NCBI GenBank assembly: GCA_973895155.1
Contig: OZ316896.1
Coordinates: 10,489,525 to 10,553,524 of the forward strand
Reading direction: 5' to 3'
From: Marsupella aquatica
Taxonomy: Eukaryota; Plantae; Marchantiophyta
Length of the DNA stretch: 64,000 nucleotides
Positions 24,806 through 37,900 of the stretch are shown here, piece after piece; position 1 is the first letter of the stretch, and each line of letters begins with the position of its first letter. A program made the position numbers and the translations under genes. Under the pieces are notes generated by a model that saw only the letters and a list, made by a program, of their open reading frames with translations, ran no database searches and was not told the DNA's origin.

Positions 24806-26447
24806 TCTCTAGTAGATGTTGTTCAAAAAACGGCGTACCAGCTTTTACAAGTCTCATCTTTCTTCTATTGCGTGTGTTTGAGCGGACCTAAATTGTGTAT
24901 TTCAATGTCCCACACGACAAATCCACAAGTTCGGGAGGATAAATTCTGTCGAGCAAAGATGGATCAGTGGCCATGCGCTTCCATGAATCGCTGCCCGATC
25001 GTTTAAATGCAGGCTGATCGAACACTCTTCCTCGTGAGAATCTCACTATCGTACGTGGTCAGAGCAAAATGCTAATTCCTTCGCACCGTGGGGATGGTTC
25101 ACAAACTCTTGATGTTGAATGAGAGCGAAAGCGGGAAGTCCGAGTCACTAGAAACTACAAGTCACTAGAAACTACAACAGTATTTTTTGAGGCTTTGGGT
25201 ACGCGATGTAGCAGATGGGAACAGACCAGAAACTTCGCCAGTGATGACCACAATAACAGCTTTCGTGAAGAGGACACACGGCACGTCAATCAAAGCGATT
25301 TAGAGTATGCAAACAGAGAAGAAACATCCTCAACCAACGTTACAGCCTTCCTGAAGGGACATACCATATCAATGAAGACATGTAGAGTGTGGGAAGGGAA
25401 CGGAAGAAGCCTTCCTGACATCACATCAATCAAGCAGAAAACCACAATTGCAGCCTCGAACATAGCATATCAATCAAGCACTGTCGTGTACGAGAACATA
25501 GAATAAAAGCACTCAAGAGGAGCGAGTGATACAATAGCAACGCTTTCAAACGTAACACAGCACATCAACCAAGACGATAGAAAGCTCTGCACACTTGTCA
25601 AAATTTGCTGCGCAAATGCACAGAATCTCTACTTTCGATGAAAATTTACAGAGCTAACAGTATCATTTGTACAGTGGTGTTCCTTTCAAGGACGGGAACA
25701 GTCTGTTGAAGTTATCTTACAAAACATATGCAGCAAAACTGCACCGAGTGGGGAGGGTCTGCTGCGTGCTTCGACAGTGAGGACCATACCCCGCACACAG
25801 CACCCTAGATCAGGCACAAGAGCCCCAACATAAGTATCACCCACGAACAACGCTAAATGCGACTCAAGAAAATCACAGAACTGCCGCCAAATGAGCTGAT
25901 AGATATTCAGTATCCCGTGTCTACATGCTCAGACTGCCGCCTCGAGGTAGTGTCGGGGACCGCGCAATGAAGGTAGCCTGCCTCCACTCGGTCCAGGTAG
26001 AGTGCTCAATGAGCGGAAGTCCCGGCTTCAAGAAAACTGGCCGCTGAAAGGAATTCGAAGTGTCGAGGTAATGTTAGCCAGCGCTGGGTGACGATATGAT
26101 GGCTCAATGACCTGGACCAACGGGCCGGGGCCCGCAAGTAAGGGTATCCAGAAGGATTGTCTGATCATTCCCAGGCTCGCATAGCTTTTCTCCGAGTGAA
26201 AAATGAAGTCTCCAAAGCGATTAAAGAAGCAAACAATCCAGAAAATGCATCGGGTGGGGGACTCAGTACGCAAAATTCACCGCCAGACGCAGCCGAATGT
26301 ACAATCGGCTCTTCAAAAGCAACGTCACTACCATAGGGCTCATCGTTGTAAACCACTCCAGAGATTTACAGTGGAAAGTACAGCAGAGAATGATGGTAGT
26401 CACTCGCGGAAATGAATTGAGAGAGCCATGTTTCTCTCCTACGAAAC

Positions 26448-26813
26448 TCAATATCTCCAGGGAAGCATCAGAAGCAACAGCAGCATGAGACCGAGCAAGC
26501 CCCAGCTCGGACTCTCTCCGCCATATTGTGACTGGTAAGGGTGATACGAGTTGTATCTGTTATATACTACAGGGCGCCTCTGAGGGTGTGATGGAGCCAG
26601 CATCTCGGACGAAGTGAGGAAGAGCGCGGCTACTATGATCACAGGGACAACCCATCTAAAAGAGAACGCCTGGTGGGACGTCTCCACGACCACTGGCATC
26701 ATCTGAAATGTCATAGGAATGAAGACCATGAAAGCCACTACCACCAAAGCTGCCAGCGGAAGCAATGGAGATGGATCAAATCCGTTGTGTCGATAAGCCA
26801 CCGGTCGCGCCAT
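26448..26813 (-). CDS. Intronless small membrane protein with three hydrophobic segments; plant family of unknown function with a C-terminal S-P-x-W-G motif (At5g19875-like, from memory)
   Basis: The 121-aa ORF starts in a good acaATGG context. Its hydrophobic blocks are LLPLAALVVVAFMVFIPM, WVVPVIIVAALFL and GGESPSWGLLGLMLLLLLML. Confidence 0.75.
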   Translation of the reverse strand: MARPVAYRHNGFDPSPLLPLAALVVVAFMVFIPMTFQMMPVVVETSHQAFSFRWVVPVIIVAALFLTSSEMLAPSHPQRRPVVYNRYNSYHPYQSQYGGESPSWGLLGLMLLLLLMLPWRY

Positions 26814-29800
26814 TGTTGATAGCTCACACCAGAGACCAGACCCGAAGTCGGCAAATCAACCAAAGATGAGATCACAGAATACCTTCGCCTCTCAGATCTA
26901 CCAAACTGCAGCACCCGCAATGCAGAACTGTCTTCACGATCCGACAATACAACCAAAGGGAACACACTGGCTGCTCAAATCGATTTGCCGCCCTTGATGA
27001 CAGTTCAGTATACTAGGGCCTCGCTCAGAATTGGGGAATATATCTATCACCGAGATGGCGCCAAGAAATATTGCTGCTGAACAGAGACTCCACGCCACCC
27101 GACTATGATTCCGGAAGACCAGAGAGAACCACGGTACTTAATTCCACAGTCGACAACCGAGACCGCGCCAAGAATAGCGGCTGCTCCTGAAAAATCGTCA
27201 GACCCAAAGCCGAAGTGATGATTCGCAGTAGCTTCGCACGCTTCTCCCAAGAAAGCAAGCTTGCAATCAAACTAATCAACACTCGTCGGATTCCACTTAT
27301 TCGCTCGCCACAACTAATCTATCCTGAGATTGAGCTCAGAAAACGCGCCAAGAAAAGTGTCGAAACTCGTCAGAGACGCCACGCGAGGACCTAACTGATG
27401 ATTCGCAAGTTCTCACTCACACCCACTAATTGCAAACAGTAATCAATCTCTTTCCTCAAAACGAGAGCTCCACCAGCGGACTTAATTTACACAGGCGATG
27501 GGCGCAGCAGGAGAGGCAAGCACGCGAACGAGCGAGAGTACGAGACCTCGAGAGTCGGATTTCAGCGAACGAACGAAACAACGAGAGAAGGGGAAGAAGA
27601 GGAACACTACTTCGGGAATGTGCTCCCGCCGGAGTTCTTGTAGGCGGGAGCGGCACTCGCGGCGGCCCCACCGGCGCACCACGGCGACTGCCACGGAGGC
27701 ACTTCCCGACGTCCACGGAGGCAGCCCGTCATACAAGTGTACCGAGACCCACCGGCGTACCGGCGATGCATACGTGTGTCAGTCTACCGGTCTCCTCCCG
27801 TCGGTCCTCTTCCCCGGAATGATAGATCTGCACGGTATCGTGCTGCGGTACAAGGGGTGCTGCGAAAGGGGGGCTGACAGCCGGCGGAGTGCAGTATTAT
27901 ACTCTGTGGCAACGCAGCCCTATAACCGGGCAACGAAAAACATTTCCGGGCTGGCAAATTTTTCACGAGGGCGGGAGTGGTAGGGGGGTCTCGAACCTCA
28001 AACTTTGATGGACTAATCAACCACAACTGCCCGTGTATCATGGGGAAGTATTTATGTGCACCTTTAACGTAGTAAGTAAGTAAATCATAACTGCCCAAAT
28101 ATAAGGGGAAAATATTCAACATATATTTCCTTTTTCACACATAAACAAAGAGCCTGAGTCCACTTCCCTGAATGTGTATATAGGACTAGCACTACTAACC
28201 TAACCAAGCCAGTTTGGCATGTACTCACTTGTCCAGAGTAATGATTGTAACCATAGTTAAGCTAATTGTAGTTAAGTACTTGGTTAGGCTAAGCTTACTG
28301 CATACTATATACACATTCAAACTATGTTAGCTTGTGAGTAGGAACTCAAGTTCATTGTTATTAAATCACATGAGAGATAGTGAGAGCTTGTGATGTGAAG
28401 AATTGGTATGAACAACGGGTCTAGAGTGCATTAAAGCTCAGGTACTTAGACTTGTGTGTTCTCGTGGTCATAGTCTCATTGGAGGTGAACATACCACATA
28501 TTTCTTGTTGTTGACAACATGTTTGTTGGGTGGTCACAGTCATGCACATGCTGGCATGACTAGAGTCTTTGCTCAACACAGAACTAGTTGGGGGCTCAAT
28601 AGTCTGCTCAAAGTAAGGATGGGGGCTCATAAGTCTTGGGCTTAATTTGGGTTGCAAATTCCAGAGTGTTCATTTATGTTGTTATGACTCAAGAGATGAG
28701 ACATGATTCATTCTAAGTAATTGTCTTGTGTTGTTTTACTCAGGGAATGGGGCATGGCAGATGACAAAAGCTCCATTCTTGAATACAATAACTGAATAAT
28801 GATACTTCCTGATAACAATATACCAAATTTGCTTGTTCTAAAGCTTACAGACTAAGTATGGCTTAAATATCATCCTTAGTTGTCCTGATCCTCTCATTTC
28901 CCAAAAAATCCTTACCATATATGGTGGAAGCTTTACTTCTAAAATCATGCCAGAGCTTCCACAAAGCAATTGACCCTGAGACTGACCCTTGTTAAACTGT
29001 TATTTTTTTTCATTCTTTCACCAGGTTTTCACTCGGAAGCATGACATCTGAATTGAAGTCAAACTTTGGAAAACTCTCCAAGAGCCTTCTCCATGTCTAA
29101 GTATGCTCCATGCAAATTTCATTTAGACTCTTTGGATGATGCTTTCAAGAAGGGGTTTCTAATATTTAAAGAGCATGAAATCAATCTAGGAATCTACTTT
29201 TGAAAACATCTGTTTAAATTCCAGCTATCTATTGGGAGATTTCATTTACAAGTAATGAGGACATTATTAACCCTGGAGTGTGTTTTGGCATATACTGACT
29301 TAAGAGTGCCAGCGCAAGATTACATTAACACCATGTGAAGAGGGTCTTTTGACTTATAATTGCTAGAGGGCACCAGCCCAAGGGTGATTCAAAGTCATGA
29401 CACTTAGAATTTTACTTATCTTTGCCTCTCACTTGATTTTATTTGCATTCCCTAGTACATGTTTTGTTTGCACATGTAGAGTTTTCTTTTTTGCAATAGA
29501 TTTTCTGCCTTCTTCGTGGAATTAATTTTCTTTGCTGCGTGTTGGCACTGAACACTTGTTTGCCCACATTCTTTTGTGTCAATGTAAACATTCCACATTG
29601 ACAATACCTTGCAGGGGGAATAAGAGGGGTGGAAGTGGGAGAGGGAGTGGGACAGACAAAAGGACTGTGGGGAGGAAGAACAACAAGGGGCCCCCATAAT
29701 CCAAGTACCTATTTGCCTGCACCCAATCTCCATCTGCCTTGAGTTCCCTTGCACCTTGCCCTGTCTTCCTCAGTTGGGGAGAAAGAGGAGAGAAGGGGGA

Positions 29801-32800
29801 GGGAGAGGAGGAAACGTGTTGCACTACCATGTTTGGGCCTGACTGCCACCATGCATCACCCATCTTGCCTTTACCCTCAGTCGTGGAACTTGACTAGACC
29901 TTAACACTTAGTTCTGGCGTCCCTAACGCCGACGCCGAGCTCCCCTATGGTCCAGGCCCGGAACGGCCAACCGGGGAGGACTTAGCATGGGGAGACTTGT
30001 GGACAATGGGGCGTCGCCCCTGGCGAAGGCAAGAAGCTAAGCTAGTGACGTGCACACTAAGGACTTAGACTAGCTAAGAGCTGGTCGGGTCAAGGGGAAA
30101 GGGCAGGGCTCATGGTTGACCGTATGGACCCTCGGACGGACTTTGAGTTCTGAGGGCTTGAGTGAAAGCTCCTCTTGGGCCCAAGGGAAATGGAGTTTAC
30201 TCCATGGGCAATGGACGCTTGGGGCACGAGTGACGGCCCAATCCGGGGTTGGCCGATCGCGACACTAAGAGAAAAAACCAAATGGAATTGACAATAACTT
30301 CCCAACGGGAAACCCATTGGAGGACTTCTTGTGTTGGTTGGAAAGATCTCAAGAAGGATTACATCCTTCTGAGCTCAACTGGGTCTAGGGGTGCCATGGA
30401 TTCTTGGGTTTGCGAGGGCTATCTCGTCGCTCCTGTTCAACAACAGCCAAGTCGCATTCAGTCTCTCAAGAGAACTTGCGTTGGGGAGACAAAGCCAAGT
30501 AGGCATGGAGGTTGAGTTCCAAGGGCACTTGGCCCCTAGACCATCATTGGGGTGAGAACCAGGAGTTGGGGCCATTATGGTCCTGACGTGTTGGGACATG
30601 CAAGCTTTAGGACAAACTATGCTAGTTGGGCCATGAGCCTATCCTGGGGGCAGAGCGGTCAATTGATGAGGGATAGGTACAAGGAGGAACCCGGGCTACA
30701 CCCGAGGAAGGAACTATTCTAGACGAACAATGGGTGTCAGTTTTGGTTTTGGTTTATGACATCGGGAGGACCCCGGGGAGGACCTATCGCTGACCTACTT
30801 ACCAATGTCTGTTGAGCTTGAGTTAGGATGTTAGACTTGGAAGATCTAGATCCTGGGGGGTTACTTACCGGAGTGTTTGGTTGCTTGTGCAAACAGTGAG
30901 GACCATTGAGCGACGGTTGTGCTAGAGAGCAAGCGTGGCTTTGTATGGGAGGGGTCGCAGGTGGTGTTGAAGGCACCAAGTTGCTTGCTCGAGGAGTTCC
31001 ATGGAGGTATCTGGGCACCAAGGGCACTTAGGTGTGGGTGCTAGGATTGGGGAGGGCGTTGGGTGGCTAGGTCCACCACTCCCTCCCAAACAACATCACT
31101 TTTGCGACACCCAAAAATTGACCAAAATATCACAAGTTATGCAATCACAACATGACTACACGTGTGCACAGATGACAACCTAGTTCAAACGACAATTGAC
31201 TTTCACAGACATGACACAACCGAGGTGACAAACCAACCTCCAGCATGCAATGCATGGGTGCAGGATTCAAAAGTTCACCTTGCGTCCATGACACTTCTTT
31301 TCATCAATCACTTCCTCCAAGACATCTTTTGTACAATGACATCTGTTTTGCCACAAGATCTGTTTTGCATTGATATCTTTTGTGCAACGAAATCTTCTAT
31401 ACAACTTTTGGGTCTTGAGCTATTGCCGGTCGTAGAAAGCATCTATATAAGAACATACAAAGAGCAAATTTCCAAAGTGGGTTAAGGATCTAGTTCCATC
31501 GGTTGTTGTTTTGTGTGTCTTGGTAGTTTCCTTTTGCCACAAGTGCTATTGAATTTAAATTTAAGCATAACAGTTCTAACATAAAAAAATAAAAATAAAT
31601 CAGTGTACTAAGGACACCCCAATGGCCAAAGGCATTCCACATACTAGTTTTGTGTTTGTTCTCTTTCTACTTCTTTTGCTTTTACTCCATTATGCTTTGT
31701 TTGGCCTTCTTTGTACAGTTGGTTTATCTAGATGCCACCTTTTGGTTAACATTGATACATTCTCTGGTGAAGCCTTCTAATTGGTGACCCACTTGGGCGG
31801 CTGCAGGGGCTGTGGCGTTTGGCCGATGTTTTCACTGGCCCCTTCAGTTGGGTTTGTTTTTCTATTGTGCCTTGGGTCTTCACTGTGATAGTGTTTGGAT
31901 TACACTGGAATTGTCGCCTGTCATTAAAAAGACAGATTGCCACCTCTATTATCAAATATCACTTGTCACCTTTTTTATATGAAGTACTACAATGCCATTT
32001 TTCATTACAACTTAGGTTACTCAACCCTGGTAAACCTAACAAGATCCTACTGCCCTTAGATCCCCACATTGGGGAATCTGACAGTTCCCATCACCTAGTA
32101 AGGATGGGTTGTGGACATGCATGCTGCTCATGCTGACAATCACATTATATGTTATTGTCTGGAAATGACACAACTGGCCTGAGTGTACTGACCTCTACTT
32201 ACATTCAAAGATATCAGGTTTAGTCACCAGAAAACCTAGAGCTTGAAAATCAGATTGCCTTAGACAGAGAATGGTTTGGACATGACTTTTTTGCATTTGA
32301 CTATAGTCAGAGGATTCTTTCAAATACCACGAGACAATAAATTTTTAAATAAGGATTGCAGATGTCTTCCTTAATGAATAAGACATCTGCAAGTCTTATT
32401 TAAATGCTCTTATTCGCCGGAGCGGCTGAGCCCAGTGGCCTGAGCTTTGGCCCTCATGCATTGATGAGGAAAGGGAAGGACTTCTTCCACGAAAGTGTGT
32501 TGGGCTGGATTGCGCGAGAGAACTCTAGAAATCCTTGAATTGCGAAACGACTCCGTCCACCGCACTGTGGCCTGGGCCGGGTCTCAATTGGCGACGAGTA
32601 TGCAAGCGATTAGTGTTGAATTCTCAGCACAAGGTGAGTTGTTTCCGAGGAAACAAACTCATGACAAGTGACCAATATTGTCGACATTGTCGACGACAAT
32701 CCTGTGAGCAACTGGGGGCCCCCCTCCCCGGATTGCTCGTCGTCGACAAACAGACCTACGGCTCGAAAGAAACGACTTGGCTCTACGAAAAAGGTAAATG

Positions 32801-33499
32801 ATGATGGGAAGAATGGGGCTCTGGGTTGCGAGCCGGCACCCTGTGCGGGCCCACGAAGCCCACTTTTCTCTCTGGTGATCCGGTGAGTCTCATGAGTCGA
32901 GCCGTCGAGAATGCAAGTCCTTGTACAGGAGTAGCTCGGTCTTAATTCACTCCCAACCACCCATTTGTCTGATTGGATTGAGTTCCCAACTTCCAATGCT
33001 CGTCACTCTGCAAATTTGATCACGGTTCCCAACAATCTTGCCTTCTTTAGCATTGTTTACAGTAGAAACATTTGCCTGTCTAGTGTCTACGGTATTGTAT
33101 GAGTCTAACGAGAAACATGAATTTGGCCGTTTGTACCGTAGAGCACCAGTTCCACGTCCACTCGAGGGTATGTAAGCTCGGAGCTGTTGCCTATTATTAT
33201 TAGACCTATCGACTGTAGATCGATGGCACAGTTCTAGAGTAGACTATACCTCGATCTGAGAAGGCAAAAGGCGAGCAGAGTCAAGGGTAGCCATGGACTC
33301 AGCCAGACAGGTGTGAGGTTTAAATCTGGTAACCTGCAAATTTCATTTGATTGTAGAAAAAATTGCATTGCCCCAATTTTACAGAATCAACCAGGGTCCG
33401 TAACTCAGGCCTGCCTACTTGAATCAGTACTTACAGTAACGTCAAGCAGGGATAAGACCAGAAAATACCTCGTACCATTAAATGAGAAGGACAGCTAAA

Positions 33500-34950
33500 A
33501 AGCAATACAAAAGAGAAATGGAAAAGAAAATGTTTTGGTCAACAAAACATCTTAAATGGAATATACACATATTTTTTACAGAAAAAGTTCAAATAGAGTA
33601 CAAAAGAATAAACAAGAGAGGTCCCAAGTGGACAAAACCAAACTCAAAAGAAGTGAGCAAAAGGAAACCCTAAAAACCAAAAAATAGGAACTAAAAGAAG
33701 TGAGCAAAAGGAAACCCCTAAAAACCAAGAAAGAGGAACTAAAATTACCGCAAATGGACCGAGGTCCTCATCATACCTAGCAAATGTGACAACAAGCTAG
33801 TGGTCTACATCAAGTATCGAAACTAGATCGGCAAGTGGGACAGGAATGTCCTCTAGGGGGGGTAGCCGCTGCGGAGTCACACTAGCACCCACTGTTAGAG
33901 ATCGACGATAGACGGCCCGAGCTTGAGCACGCTGTAAGGTGACTGAAATGCGTTGGCGAAAGTGTGTGGTCAAAACAGATAGCGGGGGCCCGGTGGGACC
34001 CATCCGGCCGTGAACATCCCGAGCAGCTTGGCGACGAAGCCCGTCAAACTGATGATGGAGACGCCCAAATATCTCAAGAGCAAGGGGCAGAAAGCTATCA
34101 GATGAAGCTCGTGCAGCATATTTGGCCTCCTTCGTTGTTGCTGCTCGTGATGCTGCTGCCCCTGCCGTTGTTGCCGCTGTCCCAATGATGTCTTGGCACA
34201 ATGAGTTTGCCACCACTACATCTGCCAAAGTACGGTGACCATCACGGACCATGGTAAGATCCACCCGTAACCGCTGTGAGGGAGGACCAGGTAACTCGAG
34301 CACCACCTCCCGCCGCACGCAGACCAAAGAGCCAGAGAGAACCTGAGCAATCGCATCTCTCACAGCGTCGTGAACAAAAATGGTTTCGCCGCCCAAACTG
34401 CATCGAAGAAGATGGACACTTGTGGCATCACAAGGCTTCCCACAAGTGCAAGTAGGAGGTAAACCAGCAAGAAGTGGGTGGGGCAAGCCCATACGAAGAC
34501 GCATGGCTGTCGCAAACTCCGCTGAAGACATCCGCAGGTGAGGAATGACTGGATTGGCCTGAAGCCAGCCTCCTGCGCCCTGCCCTCCGGAAGAAAGAAT
34601 CCGAGCTCGGTCCGTGTCAGGTGCCTCGGTGAGGATGCTGGAGAGGGTGAAAGCGTGCATACGCCCAGCAAGGTCTGCCTGAAGACGGACGGGGTCAAAG
34701 GATAAAAACTCCTGGAATGAAGATAACGCAGCTCGAACAGGATCGGGTAATGATGACCGCGCCGTGCACAAATGAACCTAAAATGGGAGGGAACCCTCCT
34801 CGACCTCCATGAGAGACGAAAGTAAAAAAGGTCGATCCTCAGTAAGGAAACGATCTGCCAACAATGAGAAGGCGGCCGCCCACGCGCCCAAGAAGGCCAA
34901 AGGTGCAAGGCGCTCAGTGGAAGTAAGCCCAAAACCACCGTGAGGATTCA
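33500..34950 (-). mobile_element. 5'-truncated non-LTR retrotransposon with a C-terminal CCHC knuckle and restriction-like endonuclease (CRE/R2-like clade)
   Basis: Motifs: GGFGLTS (end of the RT thumb), CTCGKPCDATSVHLLRC, HDAVRD, VRREV, RVDL, ADVVV, KEAKY, FLPLALEIFGRL and RISVTLQRAQA. There is one in-frame stop at ~34778. The U-rich 3'UTR contains a ~48-bp duplication (33641-33745). The 3' boundary is approximate. Confidence 0.85.
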
Positions 34951-37900
34951 TTGAATTCATTTGTTGTCAGCATAAATCATGAATTGAACCTATAAGCTAC
35001 TGTAGGTCTCCTGGTTGAATTCTGCATTTTCTTCACTTTCTCTATTATAAAGATTGTCCTGGTTTTCCTCTCTCCACTTTCAAGCTCCACGTCTTTTGTA
35101 TATACTTCACCTGGGTCATCATATATTATTGTGTTCATTGTGGCATCTATGACTTCACTTTGGAAGCTCATAAATGCTTCAATAATTTATAAAGTGGGAA
35201 CGGATACCATGAAGCCATTTTTAATTGTGTCCACCCCCCCCCCCCCCCCCTTTACAACCAAAAAATGAACTAAATTACTAAGTAGTCCACTAAATTGATT
35301 TAACTGTCCCCTTGCAAGGAATGGGTGGGTCATAAATAACAATAATGCTAAGATTCATCTATGGGAGCAGCTTAGCTAATTAAAAACTTTTGGGGGCAAC
35401 ATAGAAAAAAGTGTACCTTGTAATCTGGTGCCAGCCCTGAGACCATTTCTGAACACGTTTGGATTCTCGTTTGCCAAAATAGTACAGTACTATGGACTTC
35501 AACAGTCTCCCTACAGCCACTTTTTTGTTGTTCATGGAAGCAGAACCTCTGTGCAGTGGACTTCAACACCTCCTTAGAAGTTGTACAAAATAATGCAGCA
35601 AGTTAAGAAGTTGGAGTGGAAAGGACACGAGTACTCAGTGAACTTTTCACCGTCAATCGGAAGCCCCAATGGACCTTAAGGCTTAACAAAATGCCCGGAT
35701 GGACCAGGGCAACCCAGGGACTGCAGAAAAACCTTTTTTGGCTCGGATGGCACTTTTTATCGATGAAACAATCCACAGTTTGTTTTGTCAAAAGTCATCT
35801 GGTCCATTCGGGCATTTCTTTTTCTGTAAATATAGTTTCGTTAATACATCAAACAGGAATAAATAAACGGTCTCTGTTTCAAACCTTTTGCTAAGAGGGA
35901 TTTTCAAGTTGATAAGGGGTTTATAATATGTGTTTTTTCAAATCAATGACATGAATTTTAGAGTAAACATTTTTAATTTCATAGAAGAAGCATTTTTGGA
36001 TTCCATTGAAAGTTTGGAGCGAGATCCCCTCCAACTTTAAGAAAAATGTCTTAAATGAATCTTCTCAAGGTGGTGGGAGCCCCATGGTGTTCACCTATAC
36101 TACTACGGTGAACAGTGTGCACTATTTGCCAGACTATTCTGGTGAACAGCGTACAATATTTGTGGTGAACAATCGTTGGAGCGGAAAGGGCGTGATTTTT
36201 GTGTCCCCGATGTCAACAAAACCTCTTTGTAGGAAGATGCCGATTAGTTTGAGGTCCTATTTTCAACGATCCCATCCCCACTCCACAGGAAGATGTCAAG
36301 GAATTTGGAACTTTCGTCAATAGAACCCATGCAACGAGAAGCCAAGGAGAAAGTGCAGCTTACAAAACACTGCTTCCTTGGGAGCCATTGAAGATGCGGA
36401 TAAGTCACTGTAGCTCCTTTCTTCGGATGCACTGACTGTAGCTTGAATTGTCGATGTAAAGTATCGTGATCGTCGAAGGTCCCCTCATCTGGCAGCATGA
36501 AAGTCTTCAGCTACAGCATTCTCCTGCCGTGTCAGATTCTTTCCGTTATTGACTTGGCCTGATTCTGTCCATTGACTCTCTTGACGTTTCTTTTGCCTTG
36601 CTGCTCTCTTGATTGGATGTCTTCATTCACCTTATCATTGAACTTTAGCGCTTGAGTTGCTCTTATCTTCATGTGTTACAGACACTAGCCTCATTAGTTG
36701 AATGTAACGAGGACGATAAAAACGACATTGCAAAAAAAAGTCCCTTGCTATTTCCAGTTCATCTTTGCCCTCATCCCTAGTTTTTTTAGTTTTCACTTTC
36801 TGTTATCCTCTGTGTTAGAATAAAGATCTACAGGCTTGACTCGAGAGAGTAGACCCAGGGAGAGACTTTTGATTTGTAATTATATAATTAGTTAAAGTGG
36901 TATCGTGAGCATTCACTCTAATAGACAGTACTAACTTTTGATTGCAATTACAATCTTCTAGATTTGACATCCAATGGCTGCTACTCGTGGGTTTACGAGT
37001 TCCGCACATTTTGGGTGTGGTGCGATTCATAACGTAAAGTGCCCACATTCTCGCTCGGAGCACAAACAAATGTACGAATAGCCCTACAGTTGTATATTTT
37101 CTCATCATTCTCTCAAATGCATTAAAAATCGTGCTTGGGTTACAGTTCAAAAATTAGCAGGAAATTAGGCAGCAATTTTTAAATATAGAAGAAGCAAGTT
37201 AGCATGGACTCTTCCTGTTTTATATCCTGGCGTTATGGTGAGCCAGGATCTAACATGCGAGCTTCAGATCTCTGAAACTCTCTGAGCGACCATTCCTTGA
37301 TCCTGAAGTGTGATTGTCTGAAACAATGTCGATCTTAGATGCTTAGATTGAAAGAAAAGGCTGTGGTAAAGTTGGGGGGTCCATGATTAATGGACCCCCC
37401 AACTGAAAGTGGAGTTGAACAATAATTAATGGTGCCCCCTACACTTTAGTGTCAGAAGTTTCTAGTAGTTTTGCTTTGTTTTATGTTTATAAATTGTGAT
37501 TAAAACAAGAAAATTTGTGATGGGGCACTCCAAGTTTATTTACATAGAACGGCCAAATAAAGTACAATAAAGAAACAGCAAAAGGAGTTCCTTGTTCCGA
37601 GGTTCTTGTAGTGACTCTTACAAAGTGCCACTGCGGATAGTAGAACCTGTAACCTTCACCGTAATTTTGAGTAAAACAATGTAGGCTCATGCAGTTTTGC
37701 CGTGACCACAGTGAGCACTGTCACAGCAAACAAATCCCCCCCACCTACCAAAATTGCCCTTGAAAGGATTAATGGCCCCCTCATTCCTAAACCCTAAGAC
37801 CTTAATATGGCTACCAAATAAAGACTGGAAACTGAAGACGTAATGTATCTTGTCTTCAATAAACTAACTTGCTATTCCTATTTTTCTTCCTTTGATTGAT

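Noticed and set aside
27430-27983. Several overlapping Arg-rich ORFs
   Set aside because: This is GC-rich promoter or leader sequence of the small membrane protein gene, with no recognisable domain.
32455-32500. Hammerhead ribozyme-like TGATGA...GAAA
   Set aside because: The core reads UUGAUGA rather than CUGAUGA, stem II does not close cleanly, and I found no compatible stems I/III or cleavage triplet.
35234-35250. 17-nt poly-C run
   Set aside because: It is a simple homopolymer with no further structure.
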